From positions 1,344,001 through 1,408,000 of the forward strand of contig CAWGHO010000002.1 in the NCBI GenBank assembly GCA_963822445.1: a DNA stretch of 64,000 nucleotides. Reading direction: 5' to 3'. The position numbers and the translations under genes are program-made. Origin of the DNA: an uncultured Acidobacteriota bacterium (GTDB lineage: Bacteria; Acidobacteriota; Thermoanaerobaculia; Gp7-AA8). The first letter of the stretch is position 1; every line of letters begins with the position of its first letter. The notes under the pieces were generated by a model, which had not been told where the DNA came from, did no database searches, and was given only the letters and a program-made list of their open reading frames with translations. Shown in pieces: positions 55,849 through 64,000 of this stretch.

Positions 55849-58152
55849 ATGTCCCCATCAATTCGGCGAATGGTGTGGGTGGTCTTCATTGGACTCACCC
55901 TTCTGACTGCGGCTGGCGTCGCTTTGACGATCTCCGTCCTGCGGATGGAGCAGCGCACCGAGCACCGGATCGTCGAGGAATCCCGCCCGCTGCTGGACGC
56001 CGTCCGCACGATGGACGAGTCGCTGATCACGATGGTCTCCGCGTCGCGCGGCTTCGTCGTGACCGAAGAGACGGCGTTCGCCCAGCAGTATGACGACGCC
56101 ATTCGCGAGTTCGAGCGCGCGGCCGAACAGGCCACCGAGCTGGCCACCGAACCGCGTCACGTGAAGTCGGTCAAAGGATTCCGGGACCATTTCAAGGAGA
56201 TCAAGGGGCTTACTGATCAGCAGATCAGGGACGGCCAGAGCGGCAACTGGAGAGTCTTGATGGTCGAGATCGCCCGAAGCCGGCGTCTCGCACCTGATTA
56301 CGCCGGCCTGCTGCACGACCAGATCCGCACCGAGCAGCGCTCCGATCTCGATCGCATCAGCGCCGCCCGCCAGTGGGTGATGATGGGCATGGTCTTCCTC
56401 GGCCTCGCCGTCATCGGCCTGGCCGCGGTTTACGCCTGGAGGATCGAGCGCCAGCTCGGCGAGTCGATCACCAAACAGGTCAGGCGCACCGAGGCGATGA
56501 TCGCGGGCATGGCCGACGGCGTGATGCTCGTCGACCAGGACGGCAAGACCGTCTTCATCAATCCCGCGGGGCAGAGACTCCTCGGCAAGGCCGCGGTCGG
56601 CGTTCCGATCTTCCGGCATTCCGAGGTTTACCGCCTGCGTGATGCCGCGGGCCGCATTCTCGATGCCCAGGAACTGCCGGCCGCGCAGGCGCTCTCCACC
56701 GGCCGCGCGGTGCAGGACGTCACCGTTCTCATCGCCCGCGATCAGGATCGCGTCGCCGTCTCCATGAGCGCCACGCCGCTGCATGAAGAAGGGCGCACCA
56801 CCGGCGTCGTCGTCACCTTCCGCGACATCACCGAGCGCCGCGCGCTCGAGGAGCAGATGCAGTTGCAGGCCGAGCGCGCGCAGATCCTTGCGGACGCCGG
56901 TGCGTTCTTCGCCAGCAACATCGATCCGAACTGGGTGACCCAGGCCATCGCCGAGCGCGTGGCCGAGGTGCTCGGCGACTGGTCGGCGGTGATCCTGCGG
57001 GCCGCGGACGCGAAGGAGCTCAACGTCGCCGCGATCTATCACCGCGACATGGCCTCCCTCGGACTGGCCTGGTCCTACATCTATCGCCAGCCGCTCGTCG
57101 TCGGCGAAGGATTGATCGGACAGGTGGTCGCGACCGGTTACCCGTCGCTGACCACGAATGTGCGCGGCATCGCCGACGTGACCAACCCCGGCACGTATCA
57201 CCCGTCGCCGGTGAAGCTCGCGTCGCTGCTCATCCTTCCGCTGCGCACGCGCCGCGAAATGATCGGCGCGCTGATCATCGCCGCGAACGATCCCGATCGC
57301 GCAATGACCGACGACAAGCTGCCGCTCGCCGAGCTTCTCGCCGAGCGCGCCGCGCTGGCGATCGAGAATGCCGCGCTGTACACCGAGCAGGTCGAAGCAC
57401 GCCGCAAGGTGGAAGACCTGTCGCGGCTCAAAGACGAATTCCTCTCCATCGCTTCGCATGAGCTACGCACGCCGGTCACGTCGATCAAGGGCTACACGCA
57501 GCTCGCGAAGATGCTCATCAAGGAAGGGGACCTCAATACTTCCGAGGAGTATCTCGATATCGCGCTGGACCAGATCGATCGCATGTCGCGGTTGATCCTC
57601 GAGCTGCTCGACGTGTCCCGCATCGAGACGGGCAGGCTGGAGATCCGCCGCGAGCCGATCGCCTGGGCGCATTTCGTTCGGGACGTCGTCCATCGCCATC
57701 ACACCGCGGTCAGCGATCGCCGCTTCCACGTGAGCGTTCCCGACGACGCCAAGATCGTCACCGGCGATCGCGATCGTCTCGAGCAGGTCCTCGGCAATCT
57801 CCTCGAGAACGCGGTCAAGTACTCGCCTGACGGAAGCGACATCACCGTGACCGTCGACAATCGCGGCGAGTCGTTCGTGACCGCCGTGTGCGACCGCGGC
57901 ATCGGCATTCCCGCCGACGAGTTGGGTCAAGTTTTCGAGCGCTTCCACCGCGGCCGGCAGGTCTCCTCGACCAACTACGGCGGCCTCGGACTCGGTCTCT
58001 ACATCACCAAACAGATCATCGAGCGCCATGGCGGCTCGATCTGGGTGGAGAGCAAGGAAGGGCAGGGCACGACGTTCTACTTCTCGCTGCCCGTCGCGGA
58101 TTCCGCGGCCATCGCCGCGCTGCCCCCAGCGCAAGCGGTCGGCGCTTCGTAA
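55849..58152 (+). CDS. Sensor histidine kinase (CHASE3-like, PAS, GAF, HisKA, HATPase)
   Basis: Two TMs; FRDITE, ASHELRTP, NLLENAVKY, DRGIG, GLGLGL. Confidence 0.93.
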   Translation: MSPSIRRMVWVVFIGLTLLTAAGVALTISVLRMEQRTEHRIVEESRPLLDAVRTMDESLITMVSASRGFVVTEETAFAQQYDDAIREFERAAEQATELATEPRHVKSVKGFRDHFKEIKGLTDQQIRDGQSGNWRVLMVEIARSRRLAPDYAGLLHDQIRTEQRSDLDRISAARQWVMMGMVFLGLAVIGLAAVYAWRIERQLGESITKQVRRTEAMIAGMADGVMLVDQDGKTVFINPAGQRLLGKAAVGVPIFRHSEVYRLRDAAGRILDAQELPAAQALSTGRAVQDVTVLIARDQDRVAVSMSATPLHEEGRTTGVVVTFRDITERRALEEQMQLQAERAQILADAGAFFASNIDPNWVTQAIAERVAEVLGDWSAVILRAADAKELNVAAIYHRDMASLGLAWSYIYRQPLVVGEGLIGQVVATGYPSLTTNVRGIADVTNPGTYHPSPVKLASLLILPLRTRREMIGALIIAANDPDRAMTDDKLPLAELLAERAALAIENAALYTEQVEARRKVEDLSRLKDEFLSIASHELRTPVTSIKGYTQLAKMLIKEGDLNTSEEYLDIALDQIDRMSRLILELLDVSRIETGRLEIRREPIAWAHFVRDVVHRHHTAVSDRRFHVSVPDDAKIVTGDRDRLEQVLGNLLENAVKYSPDGSDITVTVDNRGESFVTAVCDRGIGIPADELGQVFERFHRGRQVSSTNYGGLGLGLYITKQIIERHGGSIWVESKEGQGTTFYFSLPVADSAAIAALPPAQAVGAS

Positions 58153-58161
58153 CTACCTTCG

Positions 58162-60963
58162 ATGCGTCTCGCGCTCCTGCTTTTTGTTGCGCTCACCTCG
58201 AGCGGCGAGACGTTGATCCGCGAGTCGCTCATCGGAACGCACGTGCGCGAGGTCCGGACGCCCGAGTGTGTGGTGTTCGAGGATCCGCTCCGGCCGTTTG
58301 CGTACGAGTACGACGCTGCGGGGCGGCTGATCCGGCGCACGCCGCTCTTTTTCAACAGTGCCCAGCCGGCGCGCGTGTTCGATCCCAATCCCGTCGCGGC
58401 GATCAACGATCCGTCGCTGCGCGATGACAACGACTCGCCGTTCGCCGTGCCGCAGCACGCCTACTCGAATGCAACCGTCGACCTTCTCGGTCCGCACGTG
58501 CGCGTCGTCGAGCAGCGGCCTCCGGCGACCACGCAACCCGATCCGAATGCGCCGCTGATGTTCGACCGCGGCGACGATCGTTTCGAGCCGGTCAACGCCG
58601 CCTTTCACATCGATCGCACCCAGCGCCATCTTCAGGACCTCGGCTATCGAGGCGCGCGGCAGCTCGTGCCGTATGCGATTGAAGTCGATGCGCTGGCGGC
58701 GACCGGTGCCGACACGTCGTTCTTCGTTCCGTCGTTCACCGAGCCGGGTCGCGGATCGCTGCACTACGGCATCGCCGGAACCGACGACGCCGAAGACGGC
58801 GATCTCGTCGTGCACGAGTACGGTCACGCGATTCTCGAATGGATCGCGCCGGGCACGTTCGGCGGATCGTTCTTCAGCGAATCGCGAGCGTTCAGCGAGG
58901 CTTTCTGCGATTACCTCGCGTTTTCGGCGCATTACGAACAGCGCATTGAATCGGGTCGCGATCCGTTCTGCTTCGCCGACTGGGATGCACGCTGCTGGAC
59001 CGATGCGACGTCGGAAGGCTGCGGCTATCCGGCCGGATCCGATTGCCTGCGCCGCCTGGACGGCACGCGAACCATGGCCGACTACGAGCGTCTCGACTCA
59101 TCCGGCGTGGAGCATCGCAACTCGCAGATCCTCTCGCCTGCATTTCGCGAGATCTTCCTGAAGCTCGGCCGCACGGCGACGGACGTGATCCTGATCGAGT
59201 CGCTGTTCGACGCGCCGCCGCATCCGACGTTCGCGATCATGGCCCGGCGGATCATCGAAGCCGACCGGCAGCTTTTCGGCGGCGTTCATCGCGACACGAT
59301 CTGCGCGGCGATGACCGCGCGGGGCATCGCGGTGTCGTGCGACGGAACGCCGCGCGGCGAGCTGACGATCGTGCAGAGCGCCGACCGCTCGATTCCCATT
59401 CCGGAGCGCGATCCCAATGGCATCGTCTCGCGGATCGTGGTCAGCGACCCGCGCACGATCGAGCGGATCGCCGTCCGCGTCGACATCGAGCACACCTTGC
59501 GCGGCGATCTGCGCATCGAGCTCGTCGCGCCGGATGGGACGAGAGTCCTGCTGAAGAACATCTCCTTCGAGCGCACTCCCGACATTCACGCGACGTTCGG
59601 CATCGACGCCCAATCCGTCGAATCGCTGGATGTTCTGCGCGGGAAACCGGCCGCGGGAACGTGGGAGCTGCGCATCGCCGACCTGAGCCTGCTCGACGTC
59701 GGCACGCTGCAGTCGTGGGGCCTGGTCATTCAGTTCGCGGGCGAGGAGCCGCTCGCGACGCGGCCGCGGTCGGCGAAGACGCAGATGATCCCCGTCGTCA
59801 CGCATCTTTACGGCGAGGGCGTCACGCCGTGGGCGAGCGACGTGCGCGTGGCGAACATCACTGATGTTCCGCGGACGGCCACGCTCATCTTCACGCGGAG
59901 CGGTGACGATGGAACGGCCAGCTTCAGCGCCGTCGACGTGTTCCTCGAAGCAGGAGCGACCGCGTCCTTCAACGACGTCGTCTCCACGCTTTTTCAGACG
60001 ACCGGCAGCGGCTCGCTGGAGGTGCTCGGCGATGTGCTCGTGACCAGCAGGACGTACACGACGCTGGCGAATGGCGGACAGCTCGGACAGGAGGTTCCGG
60101 CCACGACGGGAGCGGCCACGCTGTATGTCGCCGGCCTGGCCACGACCTTCACCCGCTACAACCTCGGCATCATCGAGACGTCCGGCAATCGGACGCGTGT
60201 CGTCATGACGACGCCTGCCGAGACGCGCGAGCTCGTGCTCGAGCCGTTCAGTCACGTGCAGATTGCGGGGATTTCATCCGCTCACCTCAGAGCGGAAGAA
60301 GGGCGGATTGCCGCGTACATCTCTCAGATCCATCGCTTCGAGGGGGATGATCCGCTCTTCGTTCCCGCGCAGCAGTGGCCGCGCGAAACGGTCCTCGAGA
60401 TCGCGCCGGCGATTTACGCCGACGGCGTGAACCGCACCGTGTGGCGCACGGATCTCTGGGTCGCCGATCCGGACAGCACGGAGCCCTTCGAAGCGCGTTA
60501 CCGGGGATTCGAGGTCACGCGCGATCCCGGGGTCTACATCGACGCGGTTCGGGAAACCTTCGGCTATCCGGGCACTTCCGGCCCGCTCTTCGTCGAATCG
60601 AGCAGTTTCGCCGCGACGAGGATCTTCAACGGCCGGTCCTCGCAATTCGTCCCGCTGCGCGCCCTCGATGACCGCCGCGAACAGCACCTCATCGGCATCG
60701 ACAACAACGCCACGCAGCGGGCGAATATCGGAATCGTCTCGGATGGCTCTGCCTCCGCCCAGGTGCTGGTTTACGACGCGGGCGGGAAGCTGGTCGATTC
60801 GTTCACGCTGTTCGCGCCGGCCGGCCTGGCCCAGGGCGGAGTCGCCGCGAATGTGACCGGCGGCCGGGCCGTGGTCCGCCACGTGGCCGGAGGCCGCATC
60901 CGCGCCTACGCCTCGGTGATCGACAACCGGAGCCGTGACGCGGCCTTCGTCGACGGGCAGTAG
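58162..60963 (+). CDS. Secreted zinc metallopeptidase (M36/M4-like) with proprotein-convertase P domain
   Basis: Signal peptide; VHEYGH and SEAFCD; HTLRGDLRIEL...GTWELRI...GTLQSW P-domain. Confidence 0.85.
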   Translation: MRLALLLFVALTSSGETLIRESLIGTHVREVRTPECVVFEDPLRPFAYEYDAAGRLIRRTPLFFNSAQPARVFDPNPVAAINDPSLRDDNDSPFAVPQHAYSNATVDLLGPHVRVVEQRPPATTQPDPNAPLMFDRGDDRFEPVNAAFHIDRTQRHLQDLGYRGARQLVPYAIEVDALAATGADTSFFVPSFTEPGRGSLHYGIAGTDDAEDGDLVVHEYGHAILEWIAPGTFGGSFFSESRAFSEAFCDYLAFSAHYEQRIESGRDPFCFADWDARCWTDATSEGCGYPAGSDCLRRLDGTRTMADYERLDSSGVEHRNSQILSPAFREIFLKLGRTATDVILIESLFDAPPHPTFAIMARRIIEADRQLFGGVHRDTICAAMTARGIAVSCDGTPRGELTIVQSADRSIPIPERDPNGIVSRIVVSDPRTIERIAVRVDIEHTLRGDLRIELVAPDGTRVLLKNISFERTPDIHATFGIDAQSVESLDVLRGKPAAGTWELRIADLSLLDVGTLQSWGLVIQFAGEEPLATRPRSAKTQMIPVVTHLYGEGVTPWASDVRVANITDVPRTATLIFTRSGDDGTASFSAVDVFLEAGATASFNDVVSTLFQTTGSGSLEVLGDVLVTSRTYTTLANGGQLGQEVPATTGAATLYVAGLATTFTRYNLGIIETSGNRTRVVMTTPAETRELVLEPFSHVQIAGISSAHLRAEEGRIAAYISQIHRFEGDDPLFVPAQQWPRETVLEIAPAIYADGVNRTVWRTDLWVADPDSTEPFEARYRGFEVTRDPGVYIDAVRETFGYPGTSGPLFVESSSFAATRIFNGRSSQFVPLRALDDRREQHLIGIDNNATQRANIGIVSDGSASAQVLVYDAGGKLVDSFTLFAPAGLAQGGVAANVTGGRAVVRHVAGGRIRAYASVIDNRSRDAAFVDGQ

Positions 60964-61062
60964 GGTGCGCCTGCAGGGACGCAGCTAAAGGCAGCCGCAC
61001 GTGCACCGGCGCAGCAACCCACGCGGCGGCCCGTGGCCGCACTGATGTATTCTCCCGCCGCC

Positions 61063-61695
61063 ATGTCCGAAAACCCGCAGCGCCAGACGCTGCCGGAGCC
61101 ACAGACGCTGGCGCAGCTCCCGTTTCCCATCCTCGAGGAAGTGATCCGGCAGTTGCGCTCCACGCGCAACGACATCATCCGCTTCGGCGTCTGGAACATC
61201 CGCAATCTCAACGACGACGAATTCAACAAGACCGACGACCGCAAGCTCCTCGGCTACTTCCGCCAGGACCTGCTCGAGACCCGCTTCCTGTCCAAGGGCC
61301 GGCGCATCGATCTCATTCAGCTCTGGCACTGGTATGACGACCAGATGAGCGGCATCGAGCCGCTGCTGATCGACGGCCGGGAAGTCCTGCTCAACATCCA
61401 GGACAAAGACCTCGACAAGGTCCGCAAGCGCATCGCCGAGATCCAGTCCTTCTTCCCGAACCTGCGCGGCGACGATCTCGATGCCTTCCGCCGGGTCAAG
61501 TACAAGCTCCGCCGGACGGTGATGCGGCTGACCTACGACCTCCATCACCTCTTCAAACGGCTGGAGAAGTACCGGAAGAACCTCTACATCGGCAGCGGCG
61601 CGCCGCCGCGCCCCGAGCGGGAACGGGTCCCGCTCGAGGCCGTGGCCGAGATCCCCGAGCCGACACTCGTCGGGGACGACGGAATTGAGGATTGA
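61063..61695 (+). CDS. Hypothetical cytoplasmic protein
   Basis: 210 aa, strong C/G-ending codon bias. Confidence 0.8.
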   Translation: MSENPQRQTLPEPQTLAQLPFPILEEVIRQLRSTRNDIIRFGVWNIRNLNDDEFNKTDDRKLLGYFRQDLLETRFLSKGRRIDLIQLWHWYDDQMSGIEPLLIDGREVLLNIQDKDLDKVRKRIAEIQSFFPNLRGDDLDAFRRVKYKLRRTVMRLTYDLHHLFKRLEKYRKNLYIGSGAPPRPERERVPLEAVAEIPEPTLVGDDGIED

Positions 61696-61753
61696 GAATT
61701 GAGAATTGAGGATGAACCGAATCCTCAATCCTCAATCCTTCAATCCTCAATCC
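61681..61753. repeat. Inverted tandem heptamer element (GRATTGA)n ... (TCAATCC)n
   Basis: GGAATTGAGGATTGAGAATTGAGAATTGAGGAT-GAACCGA-ATCCTCAATCCTCAATCCTTCAATCCTCAATCC. Confidence 0.9.
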
Positions 61754-61755
61754 GG

Positions 61756-64000
61756 TCAGACGTCGACGTCGATCACGCCGCCTTCCGTCACCACCACCGG
61801 CACCGACCTCACCACCGTCGTGTCGTTGTTGGTCAGCACCTGGATGGTGTAACTCCCCGGTGCCACGTGGTCGACGGGCAGCGTCGCCGGGCTGGCGGCG
61901 AGATCGCGGACCGGGTTCGGGTTCGTCGTTCGCGGGTACACGACGCCGCGCGCGTCGACGAGTCGAACGCGCTGGCGGTCCGATCGCGTGGAGTGCAACA
62001 TGATCTTGCCGCCGCGCGACAGCCCCACCGTCTGCGTGCCCGGTGAGGTGAGGTTGACCGTCACCGGCGCGTAATCCATCGACGTGACCGTGGCCACGTA
62101 CTCGCCCGGCGGAAGCGTGAGCTTGATGTCCGACGGCGACTCGCCGAAGCGCATGCCCGAGTCCTGCACGATGCGGCCGGCCTGGTCGAACACCCAGACG
62201 AACGCGTTGATGGCCTGGCCGTTCCGGGCATCGACCACCTTCAGCGTCACGCCGTCGTTCTTCGACAGCCTGAATTCGAGATCGGCCGGCTGCCGGTCGG
62301 TGATCACGAGCTCCTTCGGCTCCTGGGCGAAGCCGGTCTTGTCCGCGCTCACCGTGTACGTGCCCGGCGCGACGAAGTCGATCGTGAAATTGCCGTTGAC
62401 GTCCGTCGCCGCGCCCATCTCGCCGCGGAACGGCACATCGGTCGTCGTGGCGCGCAGGCGCACGCGGGCGTCGTTGATCGGATCGCCCGTGGCCGCGTCG
62501 ACCACCCGGCCGCGCAACGCGCTGGCGTTGTAATCGATGTCGAACGTGCTCGAGCCGCTCACGTCGTACGTCGTCTGGTAGGGGCTGAAGCGCTGCATGT
62601 CCATGACGAAGACCGAGTATTCGCCGGCTTCGAGACCGCTCACCGAGTAATTGCCCTGCTGGTCCGTCGTCGCCGAGCTCGAGGTCTGCGAGCTCGCACC
62701 GCGGCGCGGGGTGAAGCTCACGTTCGCGCTGGCCAGCGGCTTTCCGTTTCGCGTCACGCGGCCGGTGATGACCGTGTCCGAGCGGAACTCCAGATCGACC
62801 TGCCGCGATTCGCCGGCGGCAACGGTCACCGTCTGCGGCTGCGAGCTCTTGCGGGTCGAGAAGTTACGCGACACGACTCCGGCCACGCGAACCGTGCCGA
62901 TCGGCGCGCCTTCGAGCCGGTAATTGCCGGTGGAGTCGACCGACGTGCTCGCGAACGTCTCGCCCCGGAACTCCACCATCGCGCTCTGCAGCTCGTCCGG
63001 CGTGAGTCCGCGGACCTGGCCGTAGATCGTGGCGCCGCTCTTCATCACCAGCCGGACCGGCGCGCCCGCGCTGACGTCGACGTCATCGACGGTCGCTTCG
63101 GCGAATCCACGTTTGCTCGCCGAGAAACGGTAGCGAGCCGGCGACAGCGATTCGAAAGCGAACGTGCCATTCGCATCCGTCCTCGCGGTGCGGAACGCGC
63201 CCGCGCCGGCCATGGCCGCGACCTCGGCATCGGGAACCGGTGCGCCCGATTCCGTGACCACTACGCCGGTGATCCGCTGTCCGGCCGAGAGCTGGACGTC
63301 GAGACGCACCTCGGTGCCCTTGACGGTGATCTCCTTGCGCGTGCCGACGTACTTCTGATGTGAGAACTCGATGTTCGTGTCGGTCGGCTCGAGCGCGTCC
63401 AGCGTGTACTCGCCGTTCGAGTCGGTCACGGTGATCTTGCGCTCCATGCTGAACGTTCCGGAGCCCGATTGCGCCGCGACGCGCACCGTTGCGCCGCTGA
63501 GCGCCGCGCCATCCGGGCCGGTGACCTTGCCCACCAGCTTCGTGCCGGGATCGACCTCGATCTCGATCCCAGTGAGCGGCTTCCCTTCCTCCAGGGTCAG
63601 ATTCATGCGCGCCTGGGCGTAGCCGGGCGCGGTGGCGATGAGGTTCACCGCGCCGGTGGGGATGTTCTCCAGCGTGAACGTGCCGTCGTCACTGGTGAAT
63701 GCGCGCAGTTGCGGCGGGGCCATCATCACCATGCCGCCGCCGCCGCGGGAGACCGACACGCCGGCCTGGAAGGAAGGCAGCGGCTTGCGCGTCGCTTTGT
63801 CGATCACCCGTCCGCTCACGCGAGTGCCGGTCGGCAGCTCGATGAGCACGTCGCGGCCCGGCGCGGTGAGTGTGCGCATCTCCTGGATGAAGTCCGTTTC
63901 CTTGCGCATCGACGCCCGCAGCTCGCCGGGCGACAGACCGGAGAGCACGAACGAGCCATCGGGACCGGTCGTCGTAGTCGCGCCCGAGCCCATCTCCGAG
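61756..64000 (-). CDS. Carboxypeptidase regulatory-like (beta-sandwich) repeat protein, 5' truncated
   Basis: Repeated GRVxD...TDxxGxF/Y...L.PG.Y...A...G[FY]A units. Confidence 0.88.
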   Translation of the reverse strand, partial: SEMGSGATTTTGPDGSFVLSGLSPGELRASMRKETDFIQEMRTLTAPGRDVLIELPTGTRVSGRVIDKATRKPLPSFQAGVSVSRGGGGMVMMAPPQLRAFTSDDGTFTLENIPTGAVNLIATAPGYAQARMNLTLEEGKPLTGIEIEVDPGTKLVGKVTGPDGAALSGATVRVAAQSGSGTFSMERKITVTDSNGEYTLDALEPTDTNIEFSHQKYVGTRKEITVKGTEVRLDVQLSAGQRITGVVVTESGAPVPDAEVAAMAGAGAFRTARTDANGTFAFESLSPARYRFSASKRGFAEATVDDVDVSAGAPVRLVMKSGATIYGQVRGLTPDELQSAMVEFRGETFASTSVDSTGNYRLEGAPIGTVRVAGVVSRNFSTRKSSQPQTVTVAAGESRQVDLEFRSDTVITGRVTRNGKPLASANVSFTPRRGASSQTSSSATTDQQGNYSVSGLEAGEYSVFVMDMQRFSPYQTTYDVSGSSTFDIDYNASALRGRVVDAATGDPINDARVRLRATTTDVPFRGEMGAATDVNGNFTIDFVAPGTYTVSADKTGFAQEPKELVITDRQPADLEFRLSKNDGVTLKVVDARNGQAINAFVWVFDQAGRIVQDSGMRFGESPSDIKLTLPPGEYVATVTSMDYAPVTVNLTSPGTQTVGLSRGGKIMLHSTRSDRQRVRLVDARGVVYPRTTNPNPVRDLAASPATLPVDHVAPGSYTIQVLTNNDTTVVRSVPVVVTEGGVIDVDV

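Overview
High-GC bacterial chromosome window. The gene set (MglAB, CHAT/ECF modules, paired fused MFS/spermidine synthases) suggests Acidobacteriota, possibly Thermoanaerobaculia; this is inference only. The core backbone is gyrB(3')-gyrA, rng, hslVU, recA, tadA, dnaX-ybaB-recR-mglBA, SRP RNA, six tRNAs and Ku with a LigD phosphoesterase. Best candidates for undescribed biology: (1) a lower-GC RHH regulator / degenerate NUDIX / 3-TM membrane protein cassette at 9799-11380, with three TTTCTAGAAA palindromes and a deleted duplicate of the neighbouring sigma-factor 5' region on its left; (2) an export operon after an ECF / anti-sigma / CHAT protease module, ending in an RND-like permease that appears to lack proton-relay motifs and is fused to an intact ABC ATPase; (3) four intergenic hairpins built from tandem 7-mers and their reverse complements, using three distinct 7-mer types; (4) a ~130-bp AT-rich patch inside recA with conserved protein sequence; (5) a candidate -1 frameshift site in dnaX. 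No CRISPR array, rRNA, transposase or integrase was recognised. All calls are by eye from motifs; no database searches were run.
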